Assembly: GCA_963700145.1 (NCBI GenBank)
Contig: OY969474.1
Span: forward strand, 4,064,001-4,128,000
DNA length: 64,000 bases
Direction: 5' to 3'
DNA from: an uncultured Acidobacteriota bacterium
GTDB lineage: Bacteria > Acidobacteriota > Thermoanaerobaculia > Multivoradales > UBA5704
Each line of letters opens with the position of its first letter. The first letter of the stretch is position 1. The notes beneath the pieces were generated by a model. That model had not been told where the DNA came from and searched no databases. It saw only the letters and a program-made list of their open reading frames with translations. Made by a program: the position numbers and the translations under genes. This document shows positions 8,871 to 17,456 of the stretch, piece by piece.

Positions 8871-9451
8871 AGGTCGTACCCCAGCTCTCTAACCAGCCTC
8901 CGCACCGCCGGCAGCGGCAATCCCACGACGTTCGTGTAGTTGCCGAAGACCGCCTCGACGAAGAGCGCCCCCAGCCCCTGCACCGCGTAGGCGCCGGCCT
9001 TGTCGAGGGGCTCGCCGGTGGCGACGTACCAGGCGACCTCTTCCGCCGTGAACGCCGCCATGCGGACGCGCGAGGTCTCGAGCGCCGCCGCCTGGCGGTC
9101 CCTGCCGGGCTCGCAGAGCGCCACGCCGGTGAGCACCGTGTGCTCGCGGCCGGCGATGGCGGCGAGCATTCGCGCCGCGTCCTCGGGGTCGCGCGGCTTG
9201 CCGAGGAGGAGCCCGTCGAGCACGACGACCGTGTCGGCCCCGAGCACCAGCTCGCCGGGGTGGGCGACGGCCGCCGCCTTCGCCGCCGCGAGGCGCAGCA
9301 CCGTCGCCGCCGGCTCCTCGCCGGGAAGCGGGCTCTCGTCGAGGTCCACCGGCCGCACCGCGAAGCGCAGGCCGAGCCCCGCCAGCAGCTCACGCCGGCG
9401 CGGCGAGCCGGAGGCGAGAACGAGAGAGGGCAGAGAAAGCGGTGGGGTCAT
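8855..9451 (-). CDS. maf: Maf nucleoside-triphosphate pyrophosphatase
   Basis: LASGSPRRRELL, GADTVV, LGKP, DKAGAYAVQG, NVVGLP. Confidence 0.95.
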   Translation of the reverse strand: MTPPLSLPSLVLASGSPRRRELLAGLGLRFAVRPVDLDESPLPGEEPAATVLRLAAAKAAAVAHPGELVLGADTVVVLDGLLLGKPRDPEDAARMLAAIAGREHTVLTGVALCEPGRDRQAAALETSRVRMAAFTAEEVAWYVATGEPLDKAGAYAVQGLGALFVEAVFGNYTNVVGLPLPAVRRLVRELGYDLLSFR

Positions 9452-9465
9452 CAGAAACGACAGAT

Positions 9466-9550
9466 TGTCATTCCGAGCGCAGCGAGGAATCTGGGGGCAG
9501 GGGCCTTTGGACGACCCCCGCCCAGATCCCTCGCTCCGCTCGGGATGACA
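9466..9550. repeat. Full TGTCA-family palindromic element
   Basis: TGTCATTCCGAGCGCAGCGAGGAATCTGGG...CCCAGATCCCTCGCTCCGCTCGGGATGACA. Confidence 0.92.
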
Positions 9551-9556
9551 AGGCTC

Positions 9557-12118
9557 TTAGGGGTAGTAGCCTTTCAGCGTCTTGGCTTCGAGCCCCGGTT
9601 TCTTCACCTCGACCTCCACCGTCCGGTACTTCTCCCCCTTCCCCTCGCTCGCCGACTGGTAGGCCAGGAGGTACTGGGTGCGCAGCTCGGTCTCGACCTG
9701 CTCGTAGACGCGCTTCAAGTCCGAGCCGCGGTCGATGAAGAAGTGCCGGCCGCCGGTCTCGGCGCCCAGCCGCTCGAGCTTGAGCCGCGCGTCGGTGTCC
9801 TTGGTGCCGATGCCGATCCCCACCGGGTAGATCGCCACGCCGCTGCGCCGCGCGTACTCCAGGGCGTCGGAGAAGCCGTAGCGGCTGCCTTCGTCGACGC
9901 CGTCGGTCAGGATGATGAGGGCGCGCTTCCCCTTGAGCCCGCCGAAGTAGTGGAGGGTGAAGATGAGGCTGTCGTAGAAAGAGGTGTTGCCCTCGGCGGC
10001 GAGGCCCGCGAGGCCGGCCGAGAGGACCTGCGCGTCGTTGGTGAAGCGGACGGCGAGGCTCGGCTCGTCGTTGAAGGTCACCACCGCCGCCCGGTCCTTG
10101 GGCTGGATGACGGTCTGGAAGAAGGTGAGCGCGCCCTTGATCGCGCCGTCCAGCTCCTCGCTCATCGACGACGAGTTGTCGAGCATGACGCCGGCGTAGA
10201 TCGGCAGGTCGGTCACCTTCTCGAAGCGGTAGATCGACTGCGGCGCGCCGTCCTCGCGCACCGCGAAGTCCTCGCGCTGGAGGCCCTCCACCGGCCGCCC
10301 GCGCTTGTCCACGACGGTCGTGTAGAGCTCGACCATCTGCACCTGGATCGCCGTGCCGTACTCCGGCGCGTTGATCAGCACCAGGTCCTCGGTCGAGTTG
10401 CCGTCGGCGAGGTAGGCCACCGCCCGCACGAAGCTCATGGCCTTCGCCGCCGGCAGCACCATCGGCTGCGCGAACGGCGGCTGGTAGAGGGTCGCCAGCC
10501 GGTCCTCGTTCAAGAAGAACTCGACGCGGTCGAGCTTCTCCCCCTCCGGCACGTCGACCTCGGCCTGGGCGCGCAGGCTGGCGCTGTAGGTCTTCCCCGG
10601 CTCGGGCTCGACCAGGCGGAGCGAGAAGCGGTGCGGCCCGGCGTTGAGCTGCAGCTCGTCGCTCGCCAGCTCCTCGCCGGCGGGCCCGAGGGCGACGGCG
10701 GCGAGGCGGCGCAGGCGCGGGTCGGGCCCGAGGTCCAGCTCGACGCTGTAGGGCGGGCGGCTCTTCGAGAGGACGGGCCGGCCGTCGAGGTCCCAGCGCA
10801 CCCGCTCGATGCCTTCGCCGGCGACGATCGCCTCGACCCGTGCCCGCCCGGTGAGCAGCCCCGGCGGCGGCGGCAGGATGCGGATCGAGCGCTCCTTCTC
10901 GTCGTCGGCGGCGGGCGCCCGCGCCAGGGCGGCGTTGGCCTCGACGAGCAGCGGATGGGCGTTGGGCTGCGCCGGCAGCGGCGCCCCGGGCGCGGCGCCC
11001 GGCGCGGGCTCGCCTGCCGTGGCCACGGCCGCGACGACGTCCGGCACCTCCAGGTCCATCTCCTGGCGGAAGAAGCGGCGCGAAGTCGTCTCCTCGACCC
11101 GCAGCACCAGCCGGTAGGCGCCGGGGCGCAGCGAGCGCTCGAAGACCAGCGGGATGGCGTCGCCCGCGGCGGCCGCCTCAGGCAGCGTGAACTTGACCCG
11201 GAAGCGGTCGAACAGCTCCCCCTTGCGCACCACCTCGCCGTCGAGGAGGAAGCTGTAGATCCCGACCTCCCCCAGCTTCTCCGGCCGCGCCTCGCCGCGC
11301 GGCACGGTCACCACCCCCTGGACGATCGTGCGGCTCTGCCGCTTGGCCGGGAAGGCCAGCTCGAGGCGGGCGGGGAGCGGGCTGGCGTCGGCCGGCAGGT
11401 CGGTCGAGCGGGAGAGGAAGGTCTGCAGCCACTCGGTGCCCGGGTCGGGGAGGAGCCGGGCCTCCAGCTCCCGCCAGTCCACCGCTCGCATCAGGCTCCC
11501 GGCCACCTCCTCGCCGCGCGCGCACTGCTCGACGATCGCCTCGAGGATCCCCTGGTCGCCCGCCTGCGCCAGGCGGAAGTCGGCGGCGACCAGCGGGCGG
11601 AGCCCGTCGCCGGGCACCCAGGCCCCGAGCTTGCCGCCGCCGCGGTAGCCGCGGACGAAGACCAGGGTGAAGTTCCCGGCCACCCGCTCGGCGCCCGCGT
11701 AGCGCCAGACCTCGAGCGGCAGGAGCACGTCCGAGCAGCGCACGTCGAAGCGCCCGGCCGGCTCGCCCAGGAAGAGGAGGGCGCGCGCCCTCCCGTCGTC
11801 GAGCCCGCCGAAGCGGTCGCGCGCCGCCTGCGCCCGCTCGGTCCACCCCTCGGCCAGCTCGTTGCGCGCCGTCTCGGGGTGCGGGTCGCGCACCTGCCAG
11901 AACTGGCGGATGAAGGCGTCGCGCTGGTAGTCCTGGGAGAGCCCGAGGAAGGCCTCGCGCTCGGCGGCGTCGAGGAGCGGCGCCACCTCGGCGAGCCACT
12001 GCTGGTAGCGCTGGGGGAGGTCGGGAGGCGGTGCGGGGCTCGCGGGCTCGGCGGCGGCGGCGCCGGTGGAGCAGAGGATCAGGGCGAGGAGGAGGGTCCG
12101 GGCCTGCGCGAGCGACAT
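9557..12118 (-). CDS. Exported GWxTD-like + Ig-like + VWA domain protein (paralog 1)
   Basis: Signal peptide; YQQWL..V...EREAFL..FIRQFW..RDPHPETARNE; MIDAS DNSSSM, T..YD, LTDG; ELRTQYLLAY; C-terminal GYYP. Confidence 0.85.
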   Translation of the reverse strand: MSLAQARTLLLALILCSTGAAAAEPASPAPPPDLPQRYQQWLAEVAPLLDAAEREAFLGLSQDYQRDAFIRQFWQVRDPHPETARNELAEGWTERAQAARDRFGGLDDGRARALLFLGEPAGRFDVRCSDVLLPLEVWRYAGAERVAGNFTLVFVRGYRGGGKLGAWVPGDGLRPLVAADFRLAQAGDQGILEAIVEQCARGEEVAGSLMRAVDWRELEARLLPDPGTEWLQTFLSRSTDLPADASPLPARLELAFPAKRQSRTIVQGVVTVPRGEARPEKLGEVGIYSFLLDGEVVRKGELFDRFRVKFTLPEAAAAGDAIPLVFERSLRPGAYRLVLRVEETTSRRFFRQEMDLEVPDVVAAVATAGEPAPGAAPGAPLPAQPNAHPLLVEANAALARAPAADDEKERSIRILPPPPGLLTGRARVEAIVAGEGIERVRWDLDGRPVLSKSRPPYSVELDLGPDPRLRRLAAVALGPAGEELASDELQLNAGPHRFSLRLVEPEPGKTYSASLRAQAEVDVPEGEKLDRVEFFLNEDRLATLYQPPFAQPMVLPAAKAMSFVRAVAYLADGNSTEDLVLINAPEYGTAIQVQMVELYTTVVDKRGRPVEGLQREDFAVREDGAPQSIYRFEKVTDLPIYAGVMLDNSSSMSEELDGAIKGALTFFQTVIQPKDRAAVVTFNDEPSLAVRFTNDAQVLSAGLAGLAAEGNTSFYDSLIFTLHYFGGLKGKRALIILTDGVDEGSRYGFSDALEYARRSGVAIYPVGIGIGTKDTDARLKLERLGAETGGRHFFIDRGSDLKRVYEQVETELRTQYLLAYQSASEGKGEKYRTVEVEVKKPGLEAKTLKGYYP

Positions 12119-12122
12119 CCGG

Positions 12123-14657
12123 CTAGGGATAGTACCCCCGCATCGTCTTGGCTTCGAGCCCGCCGCGGGCGAGCTTGACCTCGACGGTGCGGAACCCCTC
12201 GCCGCTGGTGTTGGTCGACTGGTAGGCCACCAGGTACTGCGAGCGCAGCTCGCGCTGGATGGTGGCGTAGATGCCGTCGAGCTCGGCGGCGCTCTGGAGG
12301 AAGAAGGCGCGGCCGCCGGTCTCCTCGGAGAGGCGCACCAGCTTCTTGCGGTCCACGTCCGCGCCCAGGCCGATGGCGTAGACCGTCACCCCCGCCCGCC
12401 GTGCGTACTCCAGGGCGTCGTCGAAGGCGAAGCGGCTCGACTCGTCCTTGCCGTCGGAGAGGACGATCGCCGCCTTCTGACCGCGCACGCCGTTGAAGTA
12501 GTAGAGGGCGAAGATCAGGCTGTCGTAGAGGGACGTGCCGCGCTCGGCCTTGAGCCCGGCGAGGGCGGCCGCCAGCGTCTTCTGCTCGTTGGTGAACTTG
12601 GCGGCCAGCGCCGGGCGGTCGTTGAAGGTGACCAGCGCCGCCCGGTCCTTGGGCCGCACCGTCTTCTCGAAGAAGCGCAGCGCCGCGCCCTGGGCGCTCT
12701 GGATCTCCGGCTCCATCGAGGCCGAGACGTCGAGCAGCACGGCGGCGTGGATCGGCCGGTCGGCGACGGTCTCGAAGCGCGCCACCTCCTGCTTGACGCC
12801 GTCCTCGACGACGGTGAAGTCCTTCTGCGTCAGCCCCTCGACGGGGCGCCCCTGGCGGTCGACGACGGTGGTGTAGAGCTCGACGAACTCGATGTCCAGC
12901 TCGTCGAGGTAGTCGGGGGCGTTGACGAAGACCGTGTCCTCGGTGGTGGCGCCGTCGGCTAAGTAGGCGACGGCGCGGACGTAGGCCAGGGGGTTCCCCT
13001 CGGGCAGCAGGATCGGCTGCGCGAAGGGGGGCTGGTAGAGGGTCGCGACCAGCGTCTCGTCGAGGTAGAACTCGACGCGCTCGACCGCCTTGCCCTCCGG
13101 CACCTGCACCTCGGCGGCGGCGCGCAGGCTCTGCGAATAGTTGCGCCCGCCGCGCGGCTCGACCAGCTCGACGGCGAAGCGGTGGTCGCCGGCGTTGAGC
13201 GTCATCGCGTCACGCGCCACCTCCTGGCCGCCGCCGTCGAAGGCCACGGCGGCGAGCTCGTGAGTGCGCGGGAGGGACCCCAGGTCGAGCTCGACGCTGT
13301 AGGGGGGCTTCCGCTTGGTCAGCACCGGCTTGCCGTCGAGCTCGAAGGTGACCTTCTCGATGCCGGGGCCGGTGGTCAGGGTCTCGAAGCGCAGCATGCC
13401 GGTGTGGAGGTCGCCGGGCGGCTCGACGAGCTGGATCGTCCGCTCGCCGGTGGTGATCGCGGCGTTGGCCTCGGCGAGGAGGCGGGCGCTCTCGGCGTCG
13501 GCGGGTGGCGGCGGCGGCAGGTCCTTGGCCATCTGCGGCACGGCGAGCGGCCGCTCCTCGCGGAAGAAGCGCTTGCCGTTGAGATCCTCGAGCTTGAGGG
13601 CCATGGTGTAGTCGCCGGGGCGGAGCGTGCGCTCGAAGATCATCGGCAGCTCGTCGCCCGCCACCTCGTCGGCCGGGAAGTCGAACTTGTAGCGGAAGCT
13701 CTCGAAGAGCTTCCCCTCCTGCAGCACCTCGCCGGTGAGCACGAAGTTGTAGGAGCGGTGCTCGCCGAGCTGCACGGCGGCGGCCTCGGCGACCGGCACG
13801 GTGACGACGCCCTGGACGACGGTGCGCGCCTGGTGGCGGCCGGGGTAGTCGACCGCCAGCTTGGCGGGGAAGGTGGGCGTCCCCTGCGCCAGGTCGGTCG
13901 AGTAGGACTTGAAGGTCGCCACCCACTCGCCCTTCGGCGGGTCGGGCGGCCGCTCGATCTTCTGCAGGATCGTGGCGTAGCCGAACATGCCCTGCTGGAA
14001 GACCCAGCCGATGCCGGCGGCGAGCTTGTCGCCGTCGATGCAGCCGTCGGCGATCGCCCGCAGGTTCGCCACCTCGCCGTGCTGGAAGAGGGCGTCGAGC
14101 CCCTCCGACGGGTCCCAGAGCCGGAACTTCCCCGCCCCCCAGTGCTTGTAGAAGACGAGGAAGAACTCGAAGGCGGCGACCTCGCTGCGGCGGTAGTACC
14201 AGACCTCCAGCGGCTGCAGCAGCGCGGTGCAGCGCGAGACGATGCGGTCGGCCGGCGGGCCGTTGGTCAGGAACAGCTCGGCGCGGCGGTCGTCGAGGGC
14301 GTCGAAGATCGAGCGCGCCTCGTTCATGCGCTCCTCGTAGCGGTCCCTGAGCTCGTTGCGGGCGGTGTCGGGGTAGGGGTCGCGCGCCGCCCAGAACTCC
14401 TGGATGAAGGCGTCGCGCTGGTAGTCCTTCTCGAGGGCGATGAAGGCGTCGCGCTCCTCGTCCGAGATGATCACCGCGACCTGCTCGAGCCAGGCGCGGT
14501 ACTTCTCGGGCAGCTTCTTGATCGCCTCCTCCTGCGCCTTGAGCTCCTTGCGGGAGGGCTTCTTCTCCGCCGCCGCGGCGGCGGCGGGGGGCGGGGCTGA
14601 AAGCAGGACGGCGCCCAGGGAGAGGGCGCAGACGAGGGCGATCGGAGAGCGTCTCAT
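12123..14657 (-). CDS. Exported GWxTD-like + Ig-like + VWA domain protein (paralog 2)
   Basis: Same architecture: YRAWL...FIQEFWAARDPYPDTARNE; DVSASM, LSDG; ELRSQYLVAY; GYYP. Confidence 0.85.
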   Translation of the reverse strand: MRRSPIALVCALSLGAVLLSAPPPAAAAAAEKKPSRKELKAQEEAIKKLPEKYRAWLEQVAVIISDEERDAFIALEKDYQRDAFIQEFWAARDPYPDTARNELRDRYEERMNEARSIFDALDDRRAELFLTNGPPADRIVSRCTALLQPLEVWYYRRSEVAAFEFFLVFYKHWGAGKFRLWDPSEGLDALFQHGEVANLRAIADGCIDGDKLAAGIGWVFQQGMFGYATILQKIERPPDPPKGEWVATFKSYSTDLAQGTPTFPAKLAVDYPGRHQARTVVQGVVTVPVAEAAAVQLGEHRSYNFVLTGEVLQEGKLFESFRYKFDFPADEVAGDELPMIFERTLRPGDYTMALKLEDLNGKRFFREERPLAVPQMAKDLPPPPPADAESARLLAEANAAITTGERTIQLVEPPGDLHTGMLRFETLTTGPGIEKVTFELDGKPVLTKRKPPYSVELDLGSLPRTHELAAVAFDGGGQEVARDAMTLNAGDHRFAVELVEPRGGRNYSQSLRAAAEVQVPEGKAVERVEFYLDETLVATLYQPPFAQPILLPEGNPLAYVRAVAYLADGATTEDTVFVNAPDYLDELDIEFVELYTTVVDRQGRPVEGLTQKDFTVVEDGVKQEVARFETVADRPIHAAVLLDVSASMEPEIQSAQGAALRFFEKTVRPKDRAALVTFNDRPALAAKFTNEQKTLAAALAGLKAERGTSLYDSLIFALYYFNGVRGQKAAIVLSDGKDESSRFAFDDALEYARRAGVTVYAIGLGADVDRKKLVRLSEETGGRAFFLQSAAELDGIYATIQRELRSQYLVAYQSTNTSGEGFRTVEVKLARGGLEAKTMRGYYP

Positions 14658-14699
14658 CGGCCGGCCGGTGCGGAAGCGCGCGCTAGACTATCCCGCGCC

Positions 14700-15848
14700 A
14701 TGCAACCGGTGTACCTCGATAACAACGCCACGACGCCTTTGCATCCCTGGGCGCGGGCGGCGATGCTCCCCTGGCTGGACGAGCGCTGGGGCAACCCCTC
14801 CTCGCGCCACGCCTTCGGCCAAGCGGCGCGCGGGGCGGTCGAGGAGGCGCGCGAGGAGGTGGCGGCGCTCCTCGGGGCGCGCCCCCCGGAGGTGGTCTTC
14901 ACCGGCAGCGGCACCGAGGCCAACAACGCCGTCCTCGAGCACGTCGGGGAGCGGGCCGGCTGGCGCGGCTCGATCGTCCTCTCGGCGCTCGAGCACCCGT
15001 CGGTCCGCGAGGGGGCGGCCCGGCTCGCCCGGCGCGGCCTGCGGGTGGCCGTCGTGTCCCCGGGAGGCGACGGGGTCGTCCCCGCGGAAGCGGTCGTCGA
15101 GGCGCTCGGGCCGGACACCCGCCTCGTCTGCCTGATGCTCGCCCACAACGAGCTGGGGACGCTCCAGCCGGTGGCCGAGGTGGCGCGCGCCTGCCGCGAG
15201 CGCGGGGTGCCGCTCCTCTGCGACGCGGTGCAGGCGGTGGGGAAGGTGGCGGTGGACGTCCACGAGCTGGGGGCCGACTACCTGACGCTCGGCGCGCACA
15301 AGCTCTACGGCCCGCTGGGCGCGGCGGCACTGTGGGTGCGCAAGGGGGTGGAGCTCGAGGGGCTCCTCGTCGGCGGCGGCCAGGAGCGGCGGCGCCGGGC
15401 GGGGACCGAGAACGTGCCGGCGCTGGTGGGGCTTGGCGCGGCGGCGGCGGCGGCGCGCGAGGAGGGGGCGGCGCGGACCGAGCGGCTCGCCGCCCTGCGC
15501 GACCGCTTCGAGCGCGGCCTCGGGCGCATCCCGGGGGCGGAGGTCCACTGCGCGGGGGCGCCGCGCCTGCCGAACACCTCGCACGTCGGCTTCCCCGGCG
15601 CGGACGGCGAGGCGCTCTTCATCCGCCTCGACCTGGCCGGCTTCGCGGTCTCGACCGGCGCGGCGTGCGCCTCGGGGGCGATCGAGCCGTCGCACACGCT
15701 GCTGGCGGCCGGGTTCTCGCGGGAGGTGGCGCTGTCGTCGCTGCGGGTGAGCTTCGGGATCTCGAACACGGAAGAGCAGGTGGATGCCTTCCTGGAGGCG
15801 CTCGAACGCGAGGTGGCCGAGGTGCGGCGGCTGATGGAGGTCGCCTGA
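14700..15848 (+). CDS. iscS: Cysteine desulfurase (IscS/NifS type)
   Basis: [48 protein letters not shown]. Confidence 0.93.
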   Translation: MQPVYLDNNATTPLHPWARAAMLPWLDERWGNPSSRHAFGQAARGAVEEAREEVAALLGARPPEVVFTGSGTEANNAVLEHVGERAGWRGSIVLSALEHPSVREGAARLARRGLRVAVVSPGGDGVVPAEAVVEALGPDTRLVCLMLAHNELGTLQPVAEVARACRERGVPLLCDAVQAVGKVAVDVHELGADYLTLGAHKLYGPLGAAALWVRKGVELEGLLVGGGQERRRRAGTENVPALVGLGAAAAAAREEGAARTERLAALRDRFERGLGRIPGAEVHCAGAPRLPNTSHVGFPGADGEALFIRLDLAGFAVSTGAACASGAIEPSHTLLAAGFSREVALSSLRVSFGISNTEEQVDAFLEALEREVAEVRRLMEVA

Positions 15849-15849
15849 G

Positions 15850-16965
15850 ATGAGCGGGGGCGCGCGGACGAACGGGCGGATCGCGGTCGCGATGAGCGGC
15901 GGGCTCGACTCGTCGGTGGCAGCGCTGCTCCTGGCGCGGAGCGGGGCGCCGGTCGTCGGGCTCTCGATGCTCCTCTGGGACCGCTCCAGCGAAGCCGAGC
16001 ACGGGCGCTGCTGCGGCGCGCTCGATCTCGGCGACGCGCGGCGGGTGGCGCGGCAGGTGGGGATCCCGCACTACACGCTGCGTCTCGACAAGGAGTTCCG
16101 GCGCCAGGTGGTGGAGCCGTTCGTCCAGGACTACCTGGAAGGGCGCACGCCGAGCCCCTGCGTGCGCTGCAACACCTGGATCAAGTTCGGCCTGCTGCTC
16201 GAGCGGGCGCGCCGGCTGGGCGCCGAGAAGGTGGCGACGGGGCACTACGCTCGGATCGTCGAGGGGCCCGAGGGGCCGGAGCTGCACACGGCGGCGGCGC
16301 CGGAGAAAGACCAGAGCTATTACCTCTTCGAGCTGACGCGCGAGCAGCTCGCCCGCTCGCTCTTCCCGCTCGGCGAACGCTCGAAGCCGGAGGTGCGGGA
16401 GCTGGCGCGGGAGGCGGGGCTGTGCGTGGCGGGGAAGGGGGAGAGCATGGAGGTCTGTTTCGTGGCCGGCTCGGTGCGCGAGTTCGTGGAACAAGAGGTG
16501 GCGGCGGCGCCGGAGCGTTACCGGATGGCGCTGCCGCTGGGCGAGCCGGCGGAGCTGGTGGCGGCAGACGGGGCGGCGCGCGGTCGGGGGGAGCCGTTCT
16601 ACCGCTACACGGTGGGGCAGCGGCGCGGGCTGGGGGTGGCGGCGGGGGAACGGCTGTACGTGCTGGGGATCGAGGCGGGGGCGAATCGGGTGGTGGTGGG
16701 CTCGGAGAATGAGCTGCTGGCGCCGGGGCTCGTTGGGGAGAGGCTGCACTGGATCGGGAAGGCGCCGGCGGGAGTGGTGGATGCGACCGTGAAGATTCGC
16801 TCGCGGCATCCGGGCGTTGACGCGCGAGTGAAGCCGGGACCCGACGGCACCGTAGAGGTTGAGTTCGCGGCGCCACAGAGGGGCGTCACTCCCGGCCAAG
16901 CCGCGGTCTTCTATCAGGACAGCAAAATTCTGGGGGGTTGCTGGATTCGGGGGGCTATGCGATGA
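15850..16965 (+). CDS. mnmA: tRNA-specific 2-thiouridylase
   Basis: [49 protein letters not shown]. Confidence 0.96.
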   Translation: MSGGARTNGRIAVAMSGGLDSSVAALLLARSGAPVVGLSMLLWDRSSEAEHGRCCGALDLGDARRVARQVGIPHYTLRLDKEFRRQVVEPFVQDYLEGRTPSPCVRCNTWIKFGLLLERARRLGAEKVATGHYARIVEGPEGPELHTAAAPEKDQSYYLFELTREQLARSLFPLGERSKPEVRELAREAGLCVAGKGESMEVCFVAGSVREFVEQEVAAAPERYRMALPLGEPAELVAADGAARGRGEPFYRYTVGQRRGLGVAAGERLYVLGIEAGANRVVVGSENELLAPGLVGERLHWIGKAPAGVVDATVKIRSRHPGVDARVKPGPDGTVEVEFAAPQRGVTPGQAAVFYQDSKILGGCWIRGAMR

Positions 16966-16970
16966 GCACC

Positions 16971-17455
16971 GCCCTCCGCGGTGCGCTCCCCGCCGGGAAC
17001 CCGCAATCCAGATCAGTTGCCTGCTTCAGCAGGCGGCCCTACGGGTAGCGGAGCCCATGGCTGGGCTCCGCAACGGCGCGCGCTTCTGTTGACTGCGGGA
17101 TCTGAGGCGCGCGCCTCCGCTCCGCTGCGCGCCGGATCGATCATGGCCTGCCTGTCTGGTTGCCAGCGCTTGCGGAGAGGTCCCTCTGGTGAGCGCACCG
17201 CGGAGGGCTACCGTCCCTTTTGTCATCCTGAGCGAAGCGAAGGATCTGGGCGGGGGGCTGCTTCTGGGGGAGGGGGTCGCGACTCCGGTAGCCTGGCGGC
17301 GTGCGCTCTCCGGAGGCACCTCTGAGCAAGCGCTGGCAACGCCCTGTGACGGCCACGGCTGGTCCGGCGCGCAGCGAAGCGGAGGCGCGCGCCTCAGATC
17401 CCGCAGTCCACAAAATGCGCGCGCCGGTGCCGCAGGAGAGCGCACGCCGCCAGGC
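16971..17455. repeat. Nested inverted-repeat complex (two related GTAG-tagged long hairpins, an internal REP and a TGTCA half element)
   Basis: Perfect IRs at 16971-16988/17191-17208 and 17291-17311/17435-17455. Imperfect ~144-bp IR at 17070-17213/17286-17430. REP at 17045-17073; TGTCA half element at 17221-17256. Confidence 0.9.
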
Positions 17456-17456
17456 G

